Notes under the pieces: model-generated
What the model saw: the letters and a program-made list of their open reading frames with translations, nothing else
What the model was told of the DNA's origin: nothing
Database searches by the model: none
Assembly: GCA_964399675.1 (NCBI GenBank)
Contig: CAYNRK010000001.1
Span: 64,424-128,423, forward strand
Direction of reading: 5' to 3'
Length of the DNA stretch: 64,000 nucleotides
Origin: an uncultured Gammaproteobacteria bacterium
GTDB lineage: Bacteria > Patescibacteriota > Patescibacteriia > UBA9934 > GWF2-40-263
Position numbers and translations under genes: made by a program
In this document: in pieces, positions 38,187 to 48,065 of the stretch
How positions within the stretch are numbered: position 1 is the stretch's first letter
Layout of the letters: every line of letters starts with the position of its first letter

Positions 38187-41100
38187 ATGGCAAAACCGGA
38201 AATAATTAATACCTCCGCTCTAGATGAACTTATTTTTGGTCGTGTTGAACCACACATCTATGCTTTTTCTACGGAGACTGTCCCTAACTACTTAAAGGTT
38301 GGCGATACATATCGTCCATTAGAGATGAGATTAGATGAGTGGCGTAAACATTTTCCAAATTTAGAAAAGAGATTCGAAAGAATTGCAAAAGTTGATGACA
38401 AAACATTTTTTAGAGACCATGCTGTTCATTATTTTTTGGAAAATGAAGTCAACAAAGAAAGATTAGAGCAAAATCAGATAAAAAATCTACCATACTACTC
38501 AAATGAGTTTTTCAAAAATGCTAGTACAGAAGATCTAAAAAAAGCTATTGCAGACATAATAAAGTCTTATAAAAACAATGACTATAAATATCAATATTAT
38601 AGTTTTGAAGAAAGTCGGATCCCTCTTACTCACCACTACAGCAGAACTGAAAATTACAACCCTAGACCCAATCAACAAAAAACAATAGATAGCTTTAAGA
38701 AAGCAGTTAAAAATGGGCATACAAATCTTTTGATGTATGCAGTAATGCGCTTTGGAAAATCATTTACGTCAATGTGTTGTGCCGTCAATATGGGCGCAAA
38801 ATTTGTATTGGTAGTCTCAGCGAAGGCTGATGTAAAGGAAGAATGGAAAAAAACAGTTGAAAGCCACATTAAATTTGATGGTTACAGTTTTTTAGATAGC
38901 AATTCACTTTTACAAAACAAGAGTATAATTTCTGACAATCTATCAAGTAATAAAAAAGTAGTTTTATTTCTTACATTACAAGATCTACAAGGTGATGCGA
39001 TTAAATCAAAACATAAAGAAGTTTTTGCTAAGCAGATTGATCTATTATTAGTTGATGAAACACATTTTGGCGCAAGAGCTGCTGAATATGGAAAAGTTTT
39101 AAAAAAACAAGAATTTAGTAAAAAAGAGATAATCAATGAGTTAAAACTAAATGATAGTTCTTTAGACGATTTAGAGGAAACGACGAAAAATCTTAATGCA
39201 AAAGTGCGTATTCACCTATCTGGAACACCGTACAGAATTTTGATGAATAGTGAATTTACAGACGACAATATAATTGCCTTTTACCAATTTTCTGACATTG
39301 CCGATGATCAAGAGAACTGGGACGAAAAAAACCTCAACAAGGATGAAGCGAAAGAATGGGACAATCCATACTATGGGTTTCCACAAATGATTCGCTTTGC
39401 TTTTAACCCAAACGAATCGTCTCGTAAAAAGATGGAAGAGATGAAAAAAAACGGGGTCACATATACTTTTTCAGCATTATTCAAACCAAAATCGATAACA
39501 AAAGATACAGCAAACAGCCTACATAAAAAATTCACTCATGAAAAAGAAATTGTAGATTTACTACATGTAATTGATGGCTCACAAGAAGATGAAAATTTAT
39601 TAAGCTTTCTTGATTACGATAAGATAAAAGAAGGAAAAATGTGCAGGCACATGGTATGTGTTTTGCCTTATCGTGCTTCATGTGATGCTTTAGAGAAGCT
39701 TATCAAAAGTAATAAATTTAAAAATCTGAGTGATTACGAAATTATTAATATTTCTGGTGTTGATAATGAAAATAAATACAAAGACACACAATCTGTTCAA
39801 GCAAAAATCAAAAAATGCGAAAGTAAGGACAAAAAAACAATTACGCTGACAGTTAACAGAATGCTCACAGGTAGCACAGTACCTGAGTGGGATACCATGC
39901 TCTATTTTAAGGACACAGCATCCCCGCAAGAATACGATCAAGCTACATTTCGTCTACAGAATCAATATGTCAAAACATACACTGAGCCAAATGGTGATGT
40001 TATGAAATACAACATGAAGCCACAAACTCTTTTAGTTGATTTTAGTCCAAATCGAATGTTTGAGATGCAGGAGCACAAATCTCAAATATACAATGTAAAT
40101 ACAGAATCAAACGGAAATAGTAAACTAGAAGAAAGGCTAAAAAGGGAACTGGAAATATCTCCTATCGTCGTTCTAAACAACAAAAAAGTAACTCAAATTT
40201 CACCTGCTGACATTTTAGATGCTATTAGAGAATATTTTAGCAGCAGGAGTGTACTAGACGAGGCTACTTCCATTTCAGTAGATTATTCACTCTTGGATAT
40301 AGACATAATCAAGGCTGAAATTGAAAAGCAAGGTAAAATAGGATCACGACAAGGAATAGAGATCAAACCTGCCGATGGTGAAGGAGATGAGCTTGATACA
40401 GGCAACGAACAGCTTGATGACGGCAAAGATAAAGAAAAGGACGAGGCTACTGACAGTACAGAAAATGAAGTGGAAGCAGATTATAGAGGAAAATTTGCAA
40501 TGTATTATGCAAGAATTCTATTTTTTACATTCCTTACAGACTCAAAAATAAAATCCCTTCACGAGATAATCACGCATATTGACAGCAATGAAAATAACCT
40601 ACGAATAGCAGCAAATCTAAGCCTAGAAAAAAATATACTTTCATTATTCCAAGAGCATATTAACCCTTTCGTACTCAGTGAATTAGACTACAAAATCCAC
40701 AACATAAATTCACTAGCAAATGATTTATCTTTAGAACCGGTAGGGCGGGCAAGCAATGCGTTGAAAAAGTTTAGTCGCCTATCCGATTCCGAAATTGTAA
40801 CACCTGAATTTGTCACTGAAAAAATTATTGATTTGTTCCCCAAAAATGCAATTACCAATTCAACAAACATTCTTGATATAGCGTCGAAACAGGGTGAATT
40901 TGTGTATGCTGTTTACAAAAAATTTGGCAAAAGAATAGCAAATAATTTCTTTTCAATCCCAACATCTAAGATCGCGTACGAGTTCACTAGAAAAGTGTAT
41001 AAGTTGCTTGAATTAGATGTAAATAACATTGAAAAAAACTATACTTCCTACGATTTACTTGAGAAAAATGATTTGATCGCAGGAAATAATTTACAAATTA

Positions 41101-42146
41101 ACAATAAAAATATGAAATTCGATGTAATTGTGGGGAATCCTCCATATCAAAAAAGCGATGGTGGAGCACAAGCGAGTGCTAAACCCATTTACAATGATTT
41201 TGTCAATATTGCAAAAAAACTAAATCCGGAATACGTTTCAATAATTATGCCAACACGTTGGTATGCTGGTGGCAAAGGTTTAGATTCTTTCAGAGATGCA
41301 ATGATCAATGATAAACACATAGCCGAACTGCATGATTTTCTTAGACCAGATTTGCTTTTTAGAGACATCAATCTAAGAGGTGGTGTTTGCTATTTTCTTT
41401 GGAGCAAATCATACGATAACACAAAAAGACTTACAAAAGTTTTCACATACAGAAATAGTTTAAAACCTGAGTCACACACCCGAAATCTAAAAACAGAAGA
41501 TTCCGAAATCTTTATTCGACACAATGTAGCCATAAACATATTAAAGAAAGTAAAAAATTATTCAAAATTCAAATCACTTGAAGATTTTATCTCATCCAGA
41601 AAACCCTTTGGATTTGAAGCCAACATAATTAAAAAAGTGAAACTCTTTAGACCAACAGCCAACAAATTAAAAAATCCCATTATCTGTTATGGGAAAGGGA
41701 GGAAAGTTGGTTATTTAGAAAGATCAGAAGTTAAAAAAAATGATGAATGGATTGATAAATATAAAGTGTATACGCCGAGAGCTAACAACATTGGAACGGA
41801 ATTGAATGATGATAATTTGAATGCTTTCATAGGAAACCCAAAAACAATTTGTACAGAATCTTATATCGTTGTTGGTGTTGATTTAGAATTAAATAAAACA
41901 TCTGCTCAAAATATTCGTAAATATTTCAAAACAAAGTTTGCTAGGTTTCAACATAACATAAGAAAAGCTAGTCAAGATGCCACATCAAAGACCTACAAAT
42001 TTGTACCCCTACAAGACTTTACCTCAAAATCAGATATAGACTGGAAAAAATCAATTAATGAAATTGACCAACAACTATATAAAAAATACAAATTAACCAA
42101 AAAAGAAATAGACTTTATTGAAAGTATGATTAAACCAATGAGATAA
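38187..42146 (+). CDS. Fusion protein: T5orf172/GIY-YIG-like N-terminal domain + SF2 helicase/ATPase + N6-adenine DNA methyltransferase (NPPY) + C-terminal putative target-recognition region
   Basis: N-term HIYAFSTETVPNYLKVGDTYRPLEMRLDEW...NEFFKNAS parallels the T5orf172 gene downstream; Walker A AVMRFGKSFT, DExH LLVDETHFG, SGTPYR motif III; MTase motif I-like ILDIASKQGEFV and motif IV VIVGNPPYQ. Confidence 0.7.
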   Translation: MAKPEIINTSALDELIFGRVEPHIYAFSTETVPNYLKVGDTYRPLEMRLDEWRKHFPNLEKRFERIAKVDDKTFFRDHAVHYFLENEVNKERLEQNQIKNLPYYSNEFFKNASTEDLKKAIADIIKSYKNNDYKYQYYSFEESRIPLTHHYSRTENYNPRPNQQKTIDSFKKAVKNGHTNLLMYAVMRFGKSFTSMCCAVNMGAKFVLVVSAKADVKEEWKKTVESHIKFDGYSFLDSNSLLQNKSIISDNLSSNKKVVLFLTLQDLQGDAIKSKHKEVFAKQIDLLLVDETHFGARAAEYGKVLKKQEFSKKEIINELKLNDSSLDDLEETTKNLNAKVRIHLSGTPYRILMNSEFTDDNIIAFYQFSDIADDQENWDEKNLNKDEAKEWDNPYYGFPQMIRFAFNPNESSRKKMEEMKKNGVTYTFSALFKPKSITKDTANSLHKKFTHEKEIVDLLHVIDGSQEDENLLSFLDYDKIKEGKMCRHMVCVLPYRASCDALEKLIKSNKFKNLSDYEIINISGVDNENKYKDTQSVQAKIKKCESKDKKTITLTVNRMLTGSTVPEWDTMLYFKDTASPQEYDQATFRLQNQYVKTYTEPNGDVMKYNMKPQTLLVDFSPNRMFEMQEHKSQIYNVNTESNGNSKLEERLKRELEISPIVVLNNKKVTQISPADILDAIREYFSSRSVLDEATSISVDYSLLDIDIIKAEIEKQGKIGSRQGIEIKPADGEGDELDTGNEQLDDGKDKEKDEATDSTENEVEADYRGKFAMYYARILFFTFLTDSKIKSLHEIITHIDSNENNLRIAANLSLEKNILSLFQEHINPFVLSELDYKIHNINSLANDLSLEPVGRASNALKKFSRLSDSEIVTPEFVTEKIIDLFPKNAITNSTNILDIASKQGEFVYAVYKKFGKRIANNFFSIPTSKIAYEFTRKVYKLLELDVNNIEKNYTSYDLLEKNDLIAGNNLQINNKNMKFDVIVGNPPYQKSDGGAQASAKPIYNDFVNIAKKLNPEYVSIIMPTRWYAGGKGLDSFRDAMINDKHIAELHDFLRPDLLFRDINLRGGVCYFLWSKSYDNTKRLTKVFTYRNSLKPESHTRNLKTEDSEIFIRHNVAINILKKVKNYSKFKSLEDFISSRKPFGFEANIIKKVKLFRPTANKLKNPIICYGKGRKVGYLERSEVKKNDEWIDKYKVYTPRANNIGTELNDDNLNAFIGNPKTICTESYIVVGVDLELNKTSAQNIRKYFKTKFARFQHNIRKASQDATSKTYKFVPLQDFTSKSDIDWKKSINEIDQQLYKKYKLTKKEIDFIESMIKPMR

Positions 42147-42152
42147 CTATTT

Positions 42153-42749
42153 ATGAACGAAATAATTTATATTCTCATTAACGAATCAATGCCTGGGTAT
42201 GTGAAAATTGGGAGGACAACAAATTTAGAGCAAAGAATTCGTTCACTAGACACAACAAGTGTTCCACTTCCTTTTGAATGTTTTTATGCTTGCACTGTGC
42301 AAGATGCAGATTTTGTTGAAAAGCAACTTCATGATGCATTTTTAGACCATCGAATTCGTTCAAGTAGAGAATTTTTTGAAATATCACCAGAGCGCGTTGT
42401 GTCAGCTTTAAAGATTGCTGAGCTGGAAGATGTTACTCCAGGAAAGGATTATGTTGAATCAGAAGAAGATCAACAAGCATTGAATCAAGCCAGAAAGAGG
42501 CGCGCTGTTTTTAATTTTAAAATGGCGCAGATTCCTGTTGGTGCAGAACTTGTTTTCGTAAATGATGAAAATATAAAAGCAAAGGTTATTGACAATCGTT
42601 TAATTGAAATAAATGGGGAAGTCACAAGCCCTTCTGCTTCTGCTCAAAAATTATTGGGATATTCATATCAGGTTCAAGGAACAATTTACTGGATGTATGA
42701 AGGTGAGACTCTTGATGAGAGACGTCGTAGAATTGAATCTGAGGACTAA
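42153..42749 (+). CDS. T5orf172 (GIY-YIG superfamily) domain protein with DUF4357-like C-terminus
   Basis: IIYILINESMPGYVKIGRTTNLEQRIRSL...FECFYACTV...SREFFEISPERVVSAL then GAELVF...YSYQVQGTIYWMYEGETL. Confidence 0.6.
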   Translation: MNEIIYILINESMPGYVKIGRTTNLEQRIRSLDTTSVPLPFECFYACTVQDADFVEKQLHDAFLDHRIRSSREFFEISPERVVSALKIAELEDVTPGKDYVESEEDQQALNQARKRRAVFNFKMAQIPVGAELVFVNDENIKAKVIDNRLIEINGEVTSPSASAQKLLGYSYQVQGTIYWMYEGETLDERRRRIESED

Positions 42750-42768
42750 TTTATTATTACTTTGCACT

Positions 42769-42805
42769 TCAAACTACCACCGACAGGGCCGGTGGTAGTT
42801 TGATT
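42769..42805 (+). terminator. Hairpin terminator after the defence-like operon
   Basis: CAAACTACCACCG-ACAGGGC-CGGTGGTAGTTTG followed by ATTCTTTTGTT. Confidence 0.45.
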
Positions 42806-43157
42806 CTTTTGTTCTGCAAAACCAACCCATTGATAATGCACTCAAGCACCGACCTCTGTTCCAGCACAGTCCCTTCTTTCAAAACAAACTTGGCATAATC
42901 TTTTAAATCGATAGGTTCAATTGAATCGGCCTTTCTTATTCCTAAGAACATTGCTTGTAACTTTTTAAACTTCTGTATTTCTAGGTTGAGTTTAGCGGTA
43001 AGCTTTACTTGATCTAGTTTTAATGTGTCGATCATCTCAAGCAGCGCCTCGATGAGATCTGTCTCATTAATTGCGGGATTTTTACATTTGTAATTAAAAT
43101 TGTCAAACACCCTGTCTTATGCTACTAATAGTGCGCAACTTCAGAGGGAGAGAGACA

Positions 43158-43910
43158 ATGCAAAGCAAGAACTTTTGTGGTTTCGGTTGGATGCTCGTTG
43201 CCTTGGCCTTGTCCTTTGCCACGCTTTCGGGTTGTCGCTGCGACAGTGATCCGGCAGAGCCTGGTCCGGGTCAAGTGACCCTTGATGGCCAACTGTTCGA
43301 TGTCGACTGGTCGGACGGAGACAGCTTCTCGTGGAAGGTGCCAGGAGAGAAGAAAAAGCGCGGGTCTCGCTTGATGGGGTTCAACACGCTCGAGGACTAC
43401 GGGCCCGTCCACCGGTGGGGTTCCTGGACAGCTGAGGAGTTGTACGACATCGCCAAGGAAGCCGGTCGTTTTGCTGCCTCTCGTGGCTGGAACTGTAGGA
43501 AGACGGGGCGCAGCGGCGGTTACGGGCGAGAAGGTATCCGTTGCCCAGACTTGCCTCGAGAGATGATCAAGAGGGGGCTCGCTCACGCGTATTCGATGGA
43601 TGGACCTTCTGATCCGGCACTGCTGGACTTGCAAAAGAAGGCGCAGGCCGAGGGTCAGGGCATGTGGAAGAATGGAATTCCCGAGGCAATCGTCACCAGT
43701 CTGCACAGCCTCGACGAAAAATCGGGAAAGAAGTCTACGTACGATCGCGTCGTCGACGTAGCCACAGGTCACGCAACACCCGTTACCCACACTGAGACGT
43801 ATAAGCCGTGCCAGGGGGTCTGTAGGCGTGGTAGCTGCATGCAGTACATCCCATACCCACAGAGGTATGGAAAAGACCGGCTGCGGTGTGACAAACAAAG
43901 CGGAGGCTGA
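43158..43910 (+). CDS. Secreted thermonuclease (SNase/micrococcal-nuclease-like) lipoprotein, GC-rich islet
   Basis: Lipobox ATLSGC; DVDWSDGDSF, RLMGFNTLE, GQGMWKNG parallel SNase catalytic motifs (DGDT / RLxGIDxPE / GLW); GC ~60%. Confidence 0.55.
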   Translation: MQSKNFCGFGWMLVALALSFATLSGCRCDSDPAEPGPGQVTLDGQLFDVDWSDGDSFSWKVPGEKKKRGSRLMGFNTLEDYGPVHRWGSWTAEELYDIAKEAGRFAASRGWNCRKTGRSGGYGREGIRCPDLPREMIKRGLAHAYSMDGPSDPALLDLQKKAQAEGQGMWKNGIPEAIVTSLHSLDEKSGKKSTYDRVVDVATGHATPVTHTETYKPCQGVCRRGSCMQYIPYPQRYGKDRLRCDKQSGG

Positions 43911-44117
43911 CCACCTCGCATCGCGATGGGATAGGCTGGGAAGCTGGCGTGTCCTTGTAGTCGTCGTTGACTACGGGATCTTCATCGACGACTAGACCTC
44001 AAGCTGCTATCTTCCTCTTCTGGGAAGCTCTGGTGGCTTTTTTCGTTTGTATTTTTTTAAAAAAATAAACAGAAAACCGCCGAAGCGGTTGAGGAGTGTA
44101 CGCTTGGTTGCTTGTTG

Positions 44118-44762
44118 CTAGGCTGGCACGTCCGGGTAGACCCGATCGCCCATGTCGCCCATACCACCGCCCTTGCCGAGGATGTAGGCGTCGTCGTTGA
44201 GACCGCCATCCATGACGCCCATGATCACCGGTACATCCGGGTGATCCGCTTCGAGCCGTGCTGCGCCTTCGGGACAGCCGACCACACCCACGAAGATGAT
44301 CTTCTTGACCCCTCGCTCCTTCAGGTGTGTGAGTGTTGCGCTCGCACTGCCTCCGGTGGCCAGCATGGGATCCAGGGCAAAGCAGACCTCGACTTCGGGC
44401 GCCGGTTCGGGCACCTTGCTGCCTTCCCAGATTGGTTCGTGCGTGTCGTGGTCCCTGTGCATGAAGACGTGCCAGATCAGCGCCTTGGGCAAGAGGAGCT
44501 GGAACGCATCGAGCATGCCCGCACCTGCGCGCATGATCGGAACCAGTGCGTGCTGCCCAGTCAGCACGTCGCCGTAGCCATCCTCCTGCATCGGAGTTGC
44601 AACTTCGACACGCTCTGTCTGAAGCGTGGTTGTCGCCGTGGTTGCCAGAACGACAGCCAGGCGATGAAGCTGCACGCGCATCTCTGGTGGCTGCGTGGTC
44701 TTGTCGCGCAGCATGGTGATGGTGTCAGCGGCAACTGGGTGTTGGAGAAGGGTGAGTGCCAT
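44118..44762 (-). CDS. upp: Uracil phosphoribosyltransferase
   Basis: PRPP-binding loop FALDPMLATGGSA, C-terminal YILGKGGGMGD...; GGGAGG SD; GC ~62%. Confidence 0.85.
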   Translation of the reverse strand: MALTLLQHPVAADTITMLRDKTTQPPEMRVQLHRLAVVLATTATTTLQTERVEVATPMQEDGYGDVLTGQHALVPIMRAGAGMLDAFQLLLPKALIWHVFMHRDHDTHEPIWEGSKVPEPAPEVEVCFALDPMLATGGSASATLTHLKERGVKKIIFVGVVGCPEGAARLEADHPDVPVIMGVMDGGLNDDAYILGKGGGMGDMGDRVYPDVPA

Positions 44763-44889
44763 AGATCCTCCCGGTTAAGTCCGACGTGAGTATAGACAAA
44801 GACAATCTGATTGTCAATCAAGGCTTTATTGTTGTATATCTTTCAAAACTCTTGACAAAAATACTTTAGTTTGATAAAGTGCTCTTTGT

Positions 44890-45180
44890 ATGAATAAAAA
44901 GTGGGAAACAAAAGAGGTTAATGACCTTTTAAAAGTCATTGTCGCTCTGGAAACCAAAGAACAAGCAAAATGCTTTTTTCGCGATCTTCTGACTGAACAG
45001 GAGCTTGTTGAGTTTGGAAGACGCTGGAAAGTGGCAAAGCTTCTTGATCAAGGGGTTTCCTATGTAGAAATCGAAAAGCAGACCGGTATGAGTTCAACCA
45101 CTATTGCGCGTATTGCTAAGTGGCTTAAGTCTGGAATGGGTGGTTATCAATCAATGCTTCATCATCATTCTCTAATGTGA
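44890..45180 (+). CDS. TrpR-like (YerC/YecD family) DNA-binding protein
   Basis: LLTEQELVEFGRRWKVAKLLDQGVSYVEIEKQTGMSSTTIARIAKWL pattern of the TrpR_YerC family. Confidence 0.65.
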   Translation: MNKKWETKEVNDLLKVIVALETKEQAKCFFRDLLTEQELVEFGRRWKVAKLLDQGVSYVEIEKQTGMSSTTIARIAKWLKSGMGGYQSMLHHHSLM

Positions 45181-45992
45181 GATGGCCCTGTTTTTTGTTG
45201 TCTGCCATCTCTCTGCGGAGAGGTTTTTTATTTATAGTCAAAAATATGTTCACCTTATTAACTTTTACTTGTTCAACAATACAAGCAGATCAAATGTTCA
45301 GTAGCACTCCATGGGAATACGTAAAGCTTGATCCTTCTGGAAATAATCTTGAATCAGATCTTGATTCTTTGCGTTTGATAATGCGAACGATCAGGTTGTT
45401 TGAACCAGCCGCTCGTTTTGTTGTGATGATTGGAAACACCGACCCCTACTACATCTATCTCCAACAATTCAAAAATATTCCCGCATCTCAACGTTCGTTT
45501 GTATTAGAACAATTCGCTAAGCGTTGGGAGATATATAGGGATCGTTTGCAATCCTGGATTGATGAAAAGGCGCCCGACTTGAATGCAGAGGTGGCCAGCT
45601 GGTTCTCGTTTGAAAGGGAGATAGAAGCGAGCACAGGTCGGTCTTTTGAAAAAGAATTTGACGAAGTGCTTATTCGTATTGATGATCTTGCTCAAAAGAA
45701 AGATATGGATCAAGAGTTTGAAGCATTGGAACAACAGTTTGGTTTAGGGAAATATTTTGAAGGACTTGAAAGACCGGATCAGTCATTGTTAAAAGATTGG
45801 ATTCGCAGAAAATTTGCTGAATACACGCTGCAGGCATTGTGGATTAAGGAACTAATGCCAGAAGTGAAGTTTTTACAAAACGAAAAGCCTCGCCAACTTA
45901 GAACGCAAATGTACCAACCTCTTGTGCAAGAGAAATATTCTGAGCCGTTTGAAGTTCTACAACTATTTTCTGATGATAAAGGTTACAGCTAA
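45177..45992 (+). CDS. Hypothetical protein
   Basis: GTGA overlap with the upstream stop; host-like AT-rich codon usage; start uncertain. Confidence 0.4.
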   Translation: MRWPCFLLSAISLRRGFLFIVKNMFTLLTFTCSTIQADQMFSSTPWEYVKLDPSGNNLESDLDSLRLIMRTIRLFEPAARFVVMIGNTDPYYIYLQQFKNIPASQRSFVLEQFAKRWEIYRDRLQSWIDEKAPDLNAEVASWFSFEREIEASTGRSFEKEFDEVLIRIDDLAQKKDMDQEFEALEQQFGLGKYFEGLERPDQSLLKDWIRRKFAEYTLQALWIKELMPEVKFLQNEKPRQLRTQMYQPLVQEKYSEPFEVLQLFSDDKGYS

Positions 45993-46049
45993 GTGAGACC
46001 TCCTTTTTCAGAATCAATTTAGTATTGATTTTGAGAAAAGGAGGGACTC

Positions 46050-46829
46050 ATGATCGGTCATGATGGAAGTGTTCAGATCCCAGCACGCGCGATTCGAAAA
46101 GCGCGTAGAGCGCTTTCAACTCACGCCGAGCAAGTAGTGCGAGTGCTCGAGCAGTTCGAGACCATGGAGTTTGTTGATCCAATCCAGCTCTTTCAACTTG
46201 CAAGCAACAACACGCTTTCGTTCATAGCTTTCTCGTGCTTGGCAACAAAACGCGGTAGCGAGCAGATCATCCTTGAGCTGAGCAAGACGTTCTTCTTCCG
46301 CTCAAGTCGTTTTCTAAAGCAGTGGTGCACTCTATGCGAAGCACTCAATGAGTTGGGGGTTAGCACAAACCTCACAGTCTTTCTTCCCGACCTTGAGCCT
46401 AGGCGAACCTGGGGATGGCAACTCGGCCAAGACGAAATCACCTTGGCTTGTGAGTTGATGGCCGAAGAGGCAGAGGGGTTTCGCAATCAAGGTGTAGTTG
46501 TCAAGCCGTGGTCACAAGTCGAAGAATTCAATCAGGTTGGATTTTTGCAAGCACAAGAGCTGATCGGGGATAAAGCTCCATTGCTTGTTCATCAGGAAGC
46601 TGAACTCTTGAGATCGTTTCCTGAGATTCAGCTTGTTGGCACATACGAAGAAGCTGCAACACGACAGGTGGCCAGCTATGCACACGAAGGACGAGTTCTT
46701 GAGGAGCAGCTTTCAAGTGTGATCCTGCTCCAGTCTGAGCGACCCCCAGAGCGGAAGGATCGCATGTATCAACGTTTGCGCAAAGTGCCGCTACCAATCG
46801 TTCATCCGTTCGATCTGTCCAGGAGGTAA
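46050..46829 (+). CDS. Hypothetical protein (GC-rich islet)
   Basis: Strong SD GAAAAGGAGGGACTC-ATG; GC ~52-55%. Confidence 0.5.
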   Translation: MIGHDGSVQIPARAIRKARRALSTHAEQVVRVLEQFETMEFVDPIQLFQLASNNTLSFIAFSCLATKRGSEQIILELSKTFFFRSSRFLKQWCTLCEALNELGVSTNLTVFLPDLEPRRTWGWQLGQDEITLACELMAEEAEGFRNQGVVVKPWSQVEEFNQVGFLQAQELIGDKAPLLVHQEAELLRSFPEIQLVGTYEEAATRQVASYAHEGRVLEEQLSSVILLQSERPPERKDRMYQRLRKVPLPIVHPFDLSRR

Positions 46830-47221
46830 CCATGGGGCTGAGGTGGCGAACAATGAATCGAAGCTGTGGTGGAATTCCGTCCCACCCTCTACTAGACGGG
46901 CATGGTTCTCGTGCCCGTTTTTCTTTTACCAAAAAAAGGCTTTATGCCTTGCAAAAATTAGATAAATGCGCTAGGGTAAAATTGTCCGATACTGGCTCTT
47001 GTTCCGGTTCTGAGGAGGTAGAAGGAATGCCCCGGAGAGGCCATGGGCTTCCTGCGAATCTGGGAGGCTGCGCGCGCCCGCGCCGGCACTGCCCAGGATC
47101 GAAGAGCGCTGAAAAACGCGCTCGTCATGGAGGCCCTTGGAAGACGTACTTGCGTTGCTGCGGCCTCAGGCAATAGATCTTCTTTCCAGAATACATGCCC
47201 CTGCTGTAATGGGGGTGTGTC

Positions 47222-48022
47222 ATGAATCACGCGGTCAACTGGAAGCGAGTCGGAACCGCTCTTTGGCAGTTCGCACGAAGCAGAGCTCTGTCTTCGGATC
47301 GGGTTGCTAGTGTGCTCAGGATACTGCCTGGCCTCATCACCTTTTGCGGTTCGTACTCGCGATCCAGAAAGGTTGCGCTACGAGTCGGAAGGACGTTGAT
47401 TGCAGGAAACGGCAACACAGAACTTCTGGTGCCAACCTGTCCTGCTTTCTCGCACCGAGACGGCAAGTACACGTACAAAGGGCTGGGCCAAGGAGTTCCG
47501 CTGCTCGTCAAGCTGCACATTCCGTTTCTTCAAGGGATCTCGCGACTTCTGGAAGATCAGGTTTGTGTGAGGATCCTGCTTGCTGATCAAGAGGCAAGTG
47601 TTGGTCCGCTCGCAGAGCGTATTGGCATCGACGAGACTGAGTTCAGGCGAAGGGTTCAGTGCTCGATCACGGCAAGTCGCCGCGCTGTTAGGGGGTTTGG
47701 CTGGCAGGTTGAAGCCATGACAGATGTTGTCCCGGACTTCAGTGCCCGGGTCGAAGCTGTCAGGCGCGAACTGCTTGCTGACGAGTCGACGCGAACGCGA
47801 ATTCGGCGTGACGTGCTCGCTCGCGAGCGTCTTTACGACCTGATCGGATACCCAAAGGATATCCGTTTCGATCGTTCAGCTGAAACGCTGGCGCAATACG
47901 TGACCTTGGGTCGCTTTGCTGCCGAGCGCGATGCACTCATCGCCAACCACACAACCTCAAGCCTGGATTGGTACCGCAATACCGACGCAGGTCTTCTCCA
48001 CAACCCCGTAAGGGTCTACTAG
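47222..48022 (+). CDS. Hypothetical protein (GC-rich islet)
   Basis: 266-aa ORF, GC ~58%, Arg-rich. Confidence 0.45.
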   Translation: MNHAVNWKRVGTALWQFARSRALSSDRVASVLRILPGLITFCGSYSRSRKVALRVGRTLIAGNGNTELLVPTCPAFSHRDGKYTYKGLGQGVPLLVKLHIPFLQGISRLLEDQVCVRILLADQEASVGPLAERIGIDETEFRRRVQCSITASRRAVRGFGWQVEAMTDVVPDFSARVEAVRRELLADESTRTRIRRDVLARERLYDLIGYPKDIRFDRSAETLAQYVTLGRFAAERDALIANHTTSSLDWYRNTDAGLLHNPVRVY

Positions 48023-48065
48023 TCGGCTAACCACCGACTTTTCTATTTGTAGTTGGAATCCCTAT

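Noticed and set aside
46832-47230. ORFs 46832-47176 (+), 47043-47225 (+) and 46958-47230 (-) between the two islet genes
   Set aside because: They overlap each other and have Arg/Cys-rich GC-driven composition with no consistent SD. Only a 49-codon frame with a GAGGAGG SD remains as a weak possibility.
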